Notes: generated from the sequence alone by a model not told the origin. A stretch of DNA of 32,000 nucleotides from Candidatus Saccharimonadota bacterium (GCA_965229705.1 OZ245922.1:570001-602000), one strand, 5' to 3'; counted from the stretch's first letter, positions 19,535 through 30,180 are shown. Program-made: numbers and translations.

Positions 19535-20923
19535 ATGACTAAAGATACGAAAAAAGATACCGAAGATATACAGTCTCAGATTCAAGAAATCGATCTCAAT
19601 ACTCTCTGAGAAGCGATGAAGAACCTCAAACAACAAGATGAAAAACTCCAAGAACAAGAGGCAGAAGCAGCAGCAAAAGAGATAGAATTATTGTGAACCT
19701 GAGACGAAGAAGCTATTGAAGCACTACAAGAAATAGGAGTCCTTAAAAAAGAAAAAGGTCTCAAAAGAATTCCGAAAGACAGAGATAGAGACTGAAGAAG
19801 AGTCGGGAAATGAATGCAAAAATTCATCGATAACGAAGTCCCTGAAGAAGCTCTCGAAGATATGTCCGAAGAAGTACAAGAACTCATGAGGAAGTGAAAA
19901 ATAGATGGTCGCATTACTCAAGATGAGCTGATGAATGCTATACCTAATGCCGAAGATGACGTTGACTTTCTTGATGAAATATACTCACGATTTATGAGTA
20001 TTTGAGTAGATGTGGTAGACAGTCTTGATAAATCTACTCTTTTTGAATCAGACAAAAAAAAGAATGAAAGAAGAGAACCATGATCTGTTTCACTTACTGA
20101 GATTTCTGATGACTCTATCAGAATGTACCTCAACGAGATTGGTCGGGTAGAACTCCTCACAGGAGAACAAGAAATAGAAATTGGTATGCGTATCAAGGCT
20201 GGAGACCAAGAAGCAAGAAAACAGCTCGCAGCAGCAAACCTCCGACTTGTTGTATCCATTGCAAAAAAATATATGGGAAGAGGTCTCGGTCTTCTTGATC
20301 TCATTCAAGAAGGAAATGTTGGTCTATTCCGTGCTGTTGATAAGTTTGATGCCACCAAAGGATTTAAATTTTCTACATATGCGACATGGTGGATTAGACA
20401 GTGAGTGACCAGATCCATAGCAGACCAGGCTCGAACTATCAGAGTCCCTGTTCATATGATAGAAACTATCAACAAGTTCACACATACCTATCGCAGACTC
20501 ACGCAAGAACTTACCCGTGAACCTCTGATGGAAGAACTTGCAACAGAGCTCGATATGGATATCAAAAAAGTGCGCCAAATAATGCGTATTTCTCAAGATA
20601 TTCTTTCTCTTGATGCCCCAGTATGAAGTGAGGAAGATACCTCTCTTTGAGACTTTATTGAAGACGATAAAACCATGTCTCCTGATGAACAAACAAATAT
20701 GAATCTCCTCAAAGAAAATCTTGCTGAAATGCTAGATTTCCTTACACCTCGTGAACGAAAAATTATCAAAATGCGCTTTGGTTTAGAGTGAGGTGATATT
20801 CATACTCTTGAAGAAGTAGGAAAAGAGTTTGGTGTTACACGTGAACGTATTCGTCAAATAGAAGCAAAAACTCTCGAAAAACTCAAGGAACATCCAAACT
20901 CTGATAAAATAAAATTCTTTTAA
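19535..20923 (+). CDS. rpoD: Primary (housekeeping) RNA polymerase sigma factor
   Basis: Acidic N-terminal region, then [87 protein letters not shown], and region 4 [25 protein letters not shown]. 462 codons counted; stop TAA 20921-20923. Confidence 0.92.
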
Positions 20924-20986
20924 GAAGTATCTGAGAAACAAAAAATTTCTCATCCTCTCTGGCTCTAGCGAGTTCTGAGTATGAAC

Positions 20987-21017
20987 ACCGGGCTTGCAAG
21001 CCCGGTATTGTTTTTTT
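20987..21017 (+). terminator. Intrinsic terminator of rpoD
   Basis: accgggct-tgca-agcccggt followed by attgttttttt. Confidence 0.7.
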
Positions 21018-21107
21018 CGTGTTTGGAGGAAAGGGAGAGAAACCTGTGTTTCCCTCCCTTCACGTATAAGAGACCGGTCTCGAAAATGAATGTTTGTTTG
21101 AGTCTTG

Positions 21108-21132
21108 AAAAACAACCCCGGGGTTGTTTTTT
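21108..21132. terminator. Bidirectional terminator between convergent rpoD and the 786-aa gene
   Basis: aaaaacaaccccggggttgttttt is a perfect palindrome flanked by A and T runs, 19 nt from the minus-strand stop. Confidence 0.65.
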
Positions 21133-21150
21133 GGGTGTGTGGAGAAACTC

Positions 21151-23511
21151 TTACTCATCAAAAAATGGTGGTGGTGTCTGCTGGAGTTTTGGATCATATT
21201 CAATAATGACTGGAAAGCCCTTATCCTCAGGAGCTACTCATAGTGACGAATTTCCACCATTTGCTGGTATTTTTGGAGTGAGATTTCCATCATCCCCGTC
21301 ATGATCATAGAGGAAATATCTTCTCAAGTAGTTGAGGTCATAGGCTTGAGCCTCATTTCTATCTGAACAATCAACATAATGAGGACATTCTATAGGAGTG
21401 CTTCGAGATCCTCAAAGAGTATTCTCGCTAAAGAGTGCTCCATATATATATAACTGATTTGCTATCTGACTTGCTGGAAGAGTCGTATAATCTATAGCAT
21501 TTTCTCCATCCAGACTCGTCGCAACAACCCTATCAGTATACAGTACTGCATGTATATCTGTCACATTTGGATGAATATATATGTTTCATCAAAGAACGAT
21601 GAGTCCTAAAATACCATCTCCATCAGCATTACGTATATTATCAGTAATAAAGAGATTCCCATTTTCAACAAAGATTGTTTTCTCTCCCTGAATATTTGTT
21701 GCAGCATTCAGAGTGACTGTTTTTCCTCACATTTCCCCAAAATAGAGGAGTGTATCAGACCAAAGTGAATGAGCTTGCAAACCATTATCATCCCAAGATT
21801 CTGCACGAAGATTGGTACTCATAACAGTTCTTCCTCCTTGCGTTTTAGGAGTCACACCACGTACAACACTATATATTTTTTGGGCTATATCCCTACGAAA
21901 AATTGATTTTTCTCTCTCTCCAAAAACCCGAAGATCATCTTCAAATTGTCATTCTACAATTTCTTTTGTTTTCTGTGAACTGGTATTTCAGATGATACGA
22001 ACTGATACTTGTGTATTTTCTACATCTTCAAAAATATCGTGATATGCTGTTTTTCCTATGATATCATGTGGATACGTCACCTCTTTCCCACCTATTATAT
22101 AGCGAACAATAGAGGCAAGAAATAGTTTGGCATCACTCGGAACGAGATCAATATCTGTTCTTTGAGAAGTAAAATCATGACTTCCTATAAAATCTGTATC
22201 TGTATAAAATGCTGTTCATAAACTTGTATCTTTTACGACTTCTCTACTATTCACAAGAAATTCTATATCATCTTCTACTTTCTGAGTATCTGCACCAAAC
22301 TCAAAATAGCCTGATTGCTGCGTTGCTCCTGAACCATTTATATCTAACTGTGAGTTTTGTATTCCTCATTCAAGAAATCATTGCGTGATAATTTCTCATG
22401 AAAATTCTGTCGTATATAAAGGGGCAAATCGAAGAGAGTCTCCATCATTTGCGTAAGGGTAAAAATCATCTTCCACCGGTGAGCTCGAACCATCACCACT
22501 CGCGATAGAGGTGTTTGCCGTAATTTTATATTTGAGTGAATGTATCTTTGCGCTTCCAGGGACAAGAGGATCACTCAGTGACGTTGGACTGTACACAAAC
22601 ATATCTATTTCATAACTATCATCTCAAAGTGACTTGTAAGGAATATTTGTCATATTCGTATCTCCAATAGGAAAAGGAATATTGGTATCTCCAATGAAAA
22701 TAGCACTATCAGATCCCGTATTCGTATGCTGATTGAGTCGGAGATCATTGTCTATACTCATATCAAAATTTACCTTTCTCCCAATACCAGGAGCGTCAAC
22801 AATAGCGTTCCCATATATATCTTCAAGTTCTATACCGATATTTTTTTCTGTCCCATCAGCAGGAGAGTTACTTGTGAGATCGCTGGTATTTATGGTTTTT
22901 GTAATAGTATTCACGGTGTTGGCATATACATAGTATGTATACTCTCGAGGAAATCATGAAACACAATTCCCTGCCTTGTCGCATACTCTATTGATTCTGA
23001 GTGTGTATTTTCTGTTTCACTGTGCATTTCTCTCATTATCTACTCGTGACATATTGAGAAAAAAACCTGTTTTTGTTGAGTTAAGTGAAACTGATCTCAT
23101 ACTTCCAGGATTATTATAATCCTCTATCTGAATACTGACATTTGAACCTGATCATCATGAAGTCATATTGCTAATAGGAATAAAGTAGGAATTATTTGCG
23201 AGGATATTTCAGCCAAGACTTGTATTCATACTTGGTGGTGTCCCATCCCAATACAGACATCTCAGTCTTCATGATTGTGACACATTTGTCCGTTGAGTCT
23301 CAGGAGAAAGTGTTGATGAGCTGTTATTATTTGCAACACGACGAGGATCTGTACCATCACGACCATTACTACGGTCTGTATAACAGTTTGTGACTCCCGA
23401 GTTTGATGACCAAGAAGATTGCCCTACATTTTGATACCATCTTGCATCTGCGTAAGACACGGAAAAAAAGAAAAAAAGAAAAAAAAGAAGACAAAATATT
23501 CATTTTTTCAT
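21151..23511 (-). CDS. Large secreted hypothetical protein (786 aa)
   Basis: ATG at 23511-23509, stop TAA 21153-21151. I scanned the reading frame codon by codon across 21154-22410 and 22915-23271 and found no TAA/TAG; about 30 in-frame TGA. The remaining stretch, 22411-22914, is covered by in-frame pieces of the supplied ORF track. N-terminus MKKGIFCLLFFLFFFFSVSYA. C-terminus ...LYIYGALFSENTLGGSRSTPIECPHYVDCSDRNEAQAYDLNYLRRY...PVIIEYDPKLQQTPPPFFDE. No family recognised. Confidence 0.75.
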
Positions 23512-23618
23512 AATATTATAAGAAAAAGAAATAATATATTTACTCCCATTACATCATACTTTTATTAGTATTGCAAATTTTTGTAGTTTCTATTCACTTC
23601 CCTAAAGTGTTGTTTTGA

Positions 23619-23662
23619 TGTAAGAAACTCTAGGGTTGTTTACACTTTTGGATAATCTGTAC
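23619..23662 (+). repeat. 44-bp IS481-type terminal inverted repeat (left end of the IS remnant)
   Basis: TGTAAGAAACTCTAGGGTTGTTTACACTTTTGGATAATCTGTAC is the exact reverse complement of 10361-10404. Confidence 0.8.
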
Positions 23663-23968
23663 AGCAGAATATTTTAGAAGTTAAACATAAAGGAAATGAA
23701 TATACATAAACGAACAAGGCTCACTGAAATGCAAAGAAAAGATATATGGGAGAAATATAAAAATGGTACAAGGGTGAGTAGCCTCTCAGAAATATATCTC
23801 ACTTCCCGAGTCACGATATACAAAGTACTTTCTCGAGCTCGCAGACAAGAATTTAGACCAAGAAATTCTACAAATCATAAATACAGAACTCTTGAATGGT
23901 GACTCAAAAGATTGTGAAAGATAGAAAGAAAGATAGTTGAGAAGAAAAATAGAGAGGCTCAGAGATAA
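23619..23968 (+). mobile_element. Truncated IS481-family-like insertion sequence: terminal repeat plus a 90-codon N-terminal (HTH) transposase fragment (ORF 23696-23968)
   Basis: Translation MNIHKRTRLTEMQRKDIWEKYKNGTRVSSLSEIYLTSRVTIYKVLSRARRQEF.. resembles the MN.HK.ARLT...R N-terminus of IS481-type transposases. No DDE catalytic region follows. Confidence 0.6.
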
Positions 23969-24261
23969 TCAAGATTGTCTGTCCCTTTTATGAGGTCTCC
24001 TTCTTGATAATTTGTCAGATCAACCGTACTCGTATCCACATTGATTGCTGTATAGATTGTATCTTGTTTCAAAGACAACTCTTGATCAACATAGAGAAAA
24101 TCAACCTTAGTATCAATGTAGGCTACCAATTCATTCCATTTGGTAAAGCTGAGGATATCCCCATCTTCAGCGTCAAGACCTATCCAGGCAGAAACATGCA
24201 TAGCTCAGATACTCAGCGCTATCATGCTCAGAATCACAAAGAAAATATTCTTCAGGTACAT
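23959..24261 (-). pseudogene. 3'-truncated paralog of the shared N-terminal module of the propeller-protein family (signal peptide + WIGL.AEDGDILSFTKWNEL module only)
   Basis: Translation MYLKNIFFVILSMIALSIGAMHVSAWIGLDAEDGDILSFTKWNELVAYIDTKVDFLYVDQELSLKQD...NLDYL. Homology to the two full genes stops at about 23960, where the IS fragment ends. With TGA=Gly the frame runs on antisense through the IS remnant to TAA 23676-23674. Confidence 0.65.
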
Positions 24262-24301
24262 AAATAAGGAATAATAAGAATATATAGCTCCTCAGTAATA
24301 T

Positions 24302-24336
24302 ATAAAAAGTCAGGAAAAATAAAATTTTTTTCCTGA
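24302..24336 (-). terminator. Terminator after the LVIVD-repeat gene
   Basis: tcaggaaaaa-taaaatt-tttttcctga, a 10-bp stem, followed on the minus strand by actttttata. Confidence 0.55.
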
Positions 24337-24416
24337 TTTTAATACATCATAAATACAATAAAAATATATCGTAAAATAATCAATATTTTTCCGCTTACTG
24401 AATCATAGATTATATC

Positions 24417-26234
24417 CTACTCATAAGTCACACCTAAATCAAAAATCTGAAATCTATTATAGGTACTATCTCCAAATACTATCAGATATAGTTCATCATT
24501 TGTCTCCACAATCTCTAAACCAGTATTAGCATAAGTACTCGTAACAGAGCCTTGAGTTTTTTCTATGACATTAGTGGGAAATGTTGCGTCATATATTTCC
24601 CAATTATCACTGGAACTATAAACAGGCACAAACACTCTTCCCTTTGAGATATATGGTCTCACATGCTGCGAGATGCTTGTGTACCCAAAAGTACTCTGTA
24701 AAACAGGGTTTGTCGGATCAGTAATATCTAGCAAGCAAAACTGTCTTTTACTGGATGAATATACTATAGCGTAGGTATTGGACTCTGTTTTATATGTTCC
24801 TACTCCCATTGGTTGTCTACAATTTGTAGTATCCACAAACTGACTTTTTCTGGTATAGGTTTCATCTCCAAGCTCATAAACATCTATATAGTTTCTATTG
24901 GAATAACTTGCTGTACCCACAAAGTAGGGCTTACCATCATGCTCATACATCGAAACTCCTTGGAGTCTCCCATAAGACACTCCTATCTTTTGGTTGTATG
25001 TCAGTGAACCATTTTGATACTTATAAATAAAGAAATAATCATAGCTATCGTTAGAACTTTCAGCAGCGACAATATAGGTCACATCTCCAACAGTGACGGA
25101 ACTAATCTTTCGTATGTCATCTAGTTGATCATCTTGGTAAGAAGTTTTGTATCTGAGAGATGAAGGATTAGTAATATCATAAATCGTCAGTTTTTCATTA
25201 AATGAATCATTATCCATAAATAGCCCATATACATTACCGCTGGCATCTTCAAATACATCTAAGTATCTAACCATATCTAAGTAATCAACACTTGTCTCAA
25301 CATCTTTTAAAACAGAGTTTGCAGGATCGGTGACATCCGTAACCATGATTCTATCATGATTTGTACTCATAGAGAGTATATAGTTTTTGTCTCCGACAGT
25401 ATACGCCTTAAATCCACTCGCATCACCGAGGTTACCATTTCGAAAGTACCCGATATCCGTCACATCAAACTCGATATTTCCCATCGAAAATATTTCTGCA
25501 AACATCGAGACCGTGCTTGGAAAATGATTGGCAAATGTTGTAGAGATTCTATCAGCTCTATCTGCAAGAGATGTTATAACTATTGTCGCGGAATTTGGAT
25601 CATTGATCGTTACTTCTTGAGAGTAGTCGCTTTCTGATAAATCTAGTTTCATATTTGGCTGAAAGAGCTCTCCAGTGAGGTTTACTGTTCTTGTGTCATT
25701 GGCTCCATAAAACTGGAGATCTATCAGGTTATTCTCACCGTCATCAAGATAGGGTTTTACAGAAACTTCTTCAGCGATATCGTCAACTTCTATTTTATTA
25801 TAAAACAAACTCGTGATTTCCGTTGATGTCAGATAATTGACAAAGTTATCCCATATAGAGGTAGTCTCTGTATCTACATAGGTGATATCTGCTTTGAGAT
25901 CAAGGCTCGCATCCATTTCTGCCTTGGTATAATACTCAGTCAGATCTGCTCAGCCTATAACCGGTGTAAGTATTTTTTGAGAACTGCTATCAAGCTCTAC
26001 GGTATAGTCAAGATTCTCCTTACTCTTGATGAGGTCCCCGAGCTGATAGTTTGTCAGATCAACCGTACTCGTATCGACATTGATCGCGGTATAAATCTTA
26101 TCTTGCTTCAAGGATACCTGCTGATCAACATAGAGAAAATCAACCTTAGTATCAATGTAGTCGATGAGCTCATTCCATTTGGTAAAACTGAGAATATCTC
26201 CGTCTTCTGCTTCGAGACCTATCCAGGCAAACAT
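24417..26234 (-). CDS. Surface protein: shared N-terminal module + stalk-like segment + LVIVD-repeat beta-propeller
   Basis: Reads MFAWIGLEAEDGDILSFTKWNELIDYIDTKVDFLYVDQQ...ILTPVIGGADLTEYYTKAEMDASLDLKAD..., then repeats such as IMVTDVTDPANSVL, LTIYDITNPSSLRY, FCLLDITDPTNPVL, WEIYDATFPTNVI. Stop TAG 24419-24417. The expected signal peptide (ATG 26301, MNYIKNFFLLLLSLTALTIGAVH) is out of frame because 2 nt are missing relative to the paralogs. Confidence 0.8.
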
Positions 26235-26343
26235 GAACGGCTCAAATAGTCAGTGCTGTAAGGCTCAAAAGGAGCAGGAAAAAGTTTTTTATATAATTCA
26301 TAGCAAAAAATAAAAGTGGTATATGTATGTATCGTAAGATATG

Positions 26344-28209
26344 CTACTCAAAAGCAAAGCTTGTCACAGGTTTAGCATATAAAGAATTTGTTGTTGTTCC
26401 ATCTCCCAATTGTCCATAATCATTTCTTCCCCAGCAATATACTGAGGAATCTTCTAAGATAGCACAGCCTCCATTTAGACCTGCAGATATTTTTACGGCT
26501 GTAGTGATATTCGTTCCATCCTCAAACTGCACATTTACCGGATCACTGACTCGGGTCGTGGTGCTTCCATTTCCAAGTTGTCCACTAGAGCCTTTTCCCC
26601 ATACCTTTACTTCTCCATTTGACTGAAGGGCTATTGAGTGGTTTTCTCCAAGCGCAATATCAATAGGATCAACCAGTGGCACGGTATACCAGCTCGATAC
26701 TCGCTCTGTTGTATTGCTATCCTTCCCCGTTTGATAGTTAGAATTATACCCTGCACACTTTACCTGAGCAGAGGTTGTGAGGATACAGGTATGATAGCCA
26801 TATCCACTATCAACTTTTGCTATGCTTCTTGTGATATATGTTGGGCTGGAGAGTTTTTGGTCTGTGGTTCCTCTTCCAAATCTTCCATTATCCCAACCCC
26901 AACAATAGAGATATCCACTCGTAGTGATGTAGCACCCAGATCTTTGCGACATAGAGAGTTGCTGTATACTTGTGGACATTGATGAAATATATACTGGTGT
27001 GTTTTGCTGACTGGTCTTACCTGGAATATCATAGTAACTCGAACTATATCCTGAACAATACACTTTTCCGTCTGAGTCTCTAATAGCACACATGGTATTG
27101 CTTCCAACATCAAAGTCTCTGATCAGTTCTCCATCGAGATATTCAGTATCAAATGTATCAACTATAGTACTTGAAGAAGTTTCTAAGCCAAAAATTCCGT
27201 TTACCCCCCTTCCCCACATACGAAGCTTCTTATCTGTTCCAAGAGCAAAAGCCGTATTATAAATCAATTGGAGTTTTGTCACATCTTTCACAGAAAATGC
27301 TGTCGGAGTGGTGATAGGTGAGCTCGTATCCCCTGGAGCAATCGCAAGTTGTGTATAATTGTTTTGTCCAGCACAATAGAGGTCTCCATTATACTTTTGA
27401 AAACAGTTGGAATATGTTCCAGACATAAGGTTTTCTGCAAATAAATCAACCGTTTGAAGAGTAATTTTTTTGCCATTTCACCAAGCTTCATGACCAGAAA
27501 ATGAATACTCAGAAGCAAAAACCTCCGTATCTGGAGCAGTAATATTTACGACAACCTCTGTGGGAGATTTTGAAATATATTCCACTACATATCCATCTGC
27601 CTCAAGACCTTCTAAAACATCAGCAGGAGTAAACCCAACTCCACTTATAGTAATACTTTTTGTTTCAGAAACCTTGAGCTGCTCGTCTATACTGCTGGTA
27701 AGATACGGATATACTTCTCTTGGTGGGGCAATGTAATTTCCCGTATCAGAGAGAAACTTGTCTCCTCCGCCATCTGTGATTATCTGTGAAGCATCTGCCT
27801 TGAGATCTAAGTAAGCATCTGTTTCTGCTTGTGTATAATACATTGACAAGTCAGTCCCTTCTATCACTGGCGTAAGTATCTTATTGGAACTAACATCTAA
27901 TTCCACCGTATAATCAAGCTTGTTTGTGTCTTTGATCAGATCTCCCTCTTGATAATTTGTGAGGTCAATATTCGCAATATCAACATCAATATCAGCGTAT
28001 ATCGTATCTTGTTTGAGGCTCAGTTGCTGATCAACATAGAGAAAATCAACCTTGGTATCAATATAGTCGATGAGCTCATTCCATTTGGTAAAACTGAGAA
28101 TATCTCCGTCTTCTGCTTCGAGACCTATCCAGGCAGAAACATGAACGGCTCAAATAGTCAGTGCTGTAAGGCTCAAAAAGAGCAGAAAGAAGTTTTTTAT
28201 GTGTTTCAT
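26344..28209 (-). CDS. Secreted surface protein: shared N-terminal module + stalk-like segment + RCC1-repeat beta-propeller
   Basis: Translation MKHIKNFFLLFLSLTALTIGAVHVSAWIGLEAEDGDILSFTKWNELIDYIDTKVDFLYVDQQ...YYTQAETDAYLDLKAD..., then RCC1-like repeats (LYCAGQNNYTQLA, MWGRGVNGIFG, LYCWGWDNGRFGRG, VKVWGKGSSGQLGNG, VYCWGRNDYGQLGDG). 621 aa, stop TAG 26346-26344. Confidence 0.85.
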
Positions 28210-28453
28210 TATAACAAATAAAGAAGTAATGTAGTATACTCATTTGAAAATCAAAAAACGATTCAAAGAAGAATGTATAGAAAAATACAAAAAAGTGAAA
28301 TTTTTTACAGATAATTTTTTCAGTTTTTTCTTGTATTTACAGAGGGAAAAATTGTCAGGAAAAAATAAGTTCAAAGGTCAATCTCATTTTCTTGAAAAAA
28401 TACTTCCCCATATGATATGCTACTGGTGTATATATTTTTAAACATTTGCAAAA

Positions 28454-29329
28454 ATGAAAAAAATCATCAGCTCTCTCCTCCTATGCACCTCTATGTTTAT
28501 TATATGTGGTGAAGGAATATTTCTAGGAGTTGCCAACGCCGAAAGTGTTGCACCAAACCTTTATACCAGATTTCCTGATAAAAATGATCTTATTCCATAC
28601 GGAGATTTTATCATACAGTACACTATAGATGATACCGACTCAGGTATAGATATTAGTTCTGATTCTCTTACTCTTCAGAAATGGGATGGAACTGCTTGGG
28701 GATCAGATATTCTTTCTGTTCATTTAGGAACAAAAGAAATCACTACAACTCTTGCAAAATATCCTGTAACAAATGTTGCATACGGAAAGTATCAAAAAAT
28801 ATTCTCTATTAGTGATAATGATGGAAATACTACTACCGTATCAACAATATTTTATGTTGATGCTCCAGAGTTTATTATCTCTGCACCAGAACTCGAAATA
28901 GGAACACTCACCTTTGATACACTCAAGGTTTCTGATCAAGAGCTTACCGTGACAGTAAAAACTGTCGGAGCAAAATTTGATGTTACCATGTTACAAAATA
29001 CCGACCTCTCTCTCACAAGTGATTACCGTATTCCTACATGGGACACTGACTCAGGTTTTTGATATACACAGGTCAGTAGCCCAAGTATCAGCGATATACA
29101 AAAAATAGAAGATGCAAATATCTGAAGTGAAGATACAAGCATCAATCAAGATGGAGAAAAGAATACCTATACCTATACGATAAAGTATGCTGCTCTCTTC
29201 TGAGATGATGAATACCTTGCAGGTTGAAACTATGAAGCAAGCATCAATTTTGATATTGATTTTGAATACCAAGATATAGACTCTCATTGTTGGCTTGACG
29301 GCGTAGCAACACTCTGATGTGATGTATAA
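28454..29329 (+). CDS. Secreted hypothetical protein (291 aa), beta-rich, first gene of the surface cluster
   Basis: Signal peptide MKKIISSLLLCTSMFIICGEGIFLGVANA. Reads through 5 TGA; stop TAA 29327-29329. The second half (ELEIGTLTFD...TVTVKTVG...) resembles the next gene. Confidence 0.7.
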
Positions 29330-29350
29330 TATGATATAAGAAAAAGCGCA

Positions 29351-29386
29351 AAATACTACTCTAAAATCTGGAGTAGTATTTTTTTT
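29351..29386 (+). terminator. Intrinsic terminator
   Basis: aaatactactc-taaaatctg-gagtagtattt followed by a T run. Confidence 0.7.
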
Positions 29387-29406
29387 AAAAAAAAGTATTC
29401 AGATTT

Positions 29407-29435
29407 TTGACAGCTCAAAAAAAGAATGCTACACT
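29407..29435 (+). promoter_or_regulatory. Sigma-70-like promoter candidate for 29490-30161
   Basis: TTGACA (29407-29412), a 17-nt spacer ending in TGc, then TACACT (29430-29435). Confidence 0.45.
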
Positions 29436-29441
29436 TATAGT

Positions 29442-29458
29442 AGTTGTGAATCACAACT
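29442..29458. promoter_or_regulatory. Perfect 17-bp palindrome (operator-like or leader hairpin) just downstream of the -10
   Basis: AGTTGTGA-A-TCACAACT. Confidence 0.4.
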
Positions 29459-29489
29459 TTACTTTATTTTTCTAACTTTTATAAAAGTT

Positions 29490-30161
29490 ATGAATACACA
29501 AACACAAAAAATCCTGGCAACTATGCTGATAATTGCAGGTGTGTTTTCATTTTCTTCTGCTTTTGCTGCTACAGAAATCGGTCAAGCAACAGTAACAGGA
29601 GATACTGCGGGAACATTTACAGGAAGTATACAGTGGGATGATAATCTCCCTGGTACAGCTACTGGTAGTGTTGAAAACATTGTCATTAAAGCGCAAGTAC
29701 TTCCAAGTCTTTCTATGGAAATCTCAGCTAGTGAGATTGACCTTGGAACACTCGTTGCTGGAACTGCTTCAACTGGAAGTCTTTCACTTGAAGTAGGAAC
29801 AAACGCTGTAAGTGGTATCACTGTTACAGCTCGATCTCAAACAGGAGGTCTTACAAACCAGAGTGATACAGATACTCAGATTAACTCTCTTACGACTGAC
29901 GGTCTTGCAGAAAGTTACACATGGGAATCAGCTCCAAACGCTACAAATGATTCTTCAAATAGTTCTTTTGCTGCTACAGGGCTCACAGCTCTTGAAGTAA
30001 ATGATGACACTACAGAACATACAGTATACTCTACAAATAAGCCAGAGTCTATTACTGATGTAAATGATGTTGTCTTCACTGTAAACGCTACTGCTGGAGC
30101 AGAAACTCCTGCAGGTGAGTACAGAGATCAAATCACATTTACTATTACTGGAAACTTCTAA
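29490..30161 (+). CDS. Secreted beta-sandwich surface/fibre subunit-like protein (WxL-domain-like, tentative)
   Basis: Uninterrupted 223-aa ORF even in the standard code. Signal peptide MNTQTQKILATMLIIAGVFSFSSAFA. Contains ..IDLGTLVAGTASTGSLSLEVGTNA.. and ends ..PAGEYRDQITFTITGNF. Confidence 0.75.
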   Translation: MNTQTQKILATMLIIAGVFSFSSAFAATEIGQATVTGDTAGTFTGSIQWDDNLPGTATGSVENIVIKAQVLPSLSMEISASEIDLGTLVAGTASTGSLSLEVGTNAVSGITVTARSQTGGLTNQSDTDTQINSLTTDGLAESYTWESAPNATNDSSNSSFAATGLTALEVNDDTTEHTVYSTNKPESITDVNDVVFTVNATAGAETPAGEYRDQITFTITGNF

Positions 30162-30180
30162 GTAATAAAACATTATCTAA

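Noticed and set aside
21071-21082. Perfect 12-bp palindrome GAGACCGGTCTC between the two terminators after rpoD.
   Set aside because: It is short, isolated and in a terminator-rich convergent spacer, with no second copy in the window. That is insufficient to call a binding site.
10405-23618. Composite transposon carrying the segment between the two inverted IS ends.
   Set aside because: The cargo would be core genes (rpoD, dnaG, lspA, the only UGA-decoding tRNA) and both IS bodies are decayed. IS-mediated rearrangement scars are more plausible.
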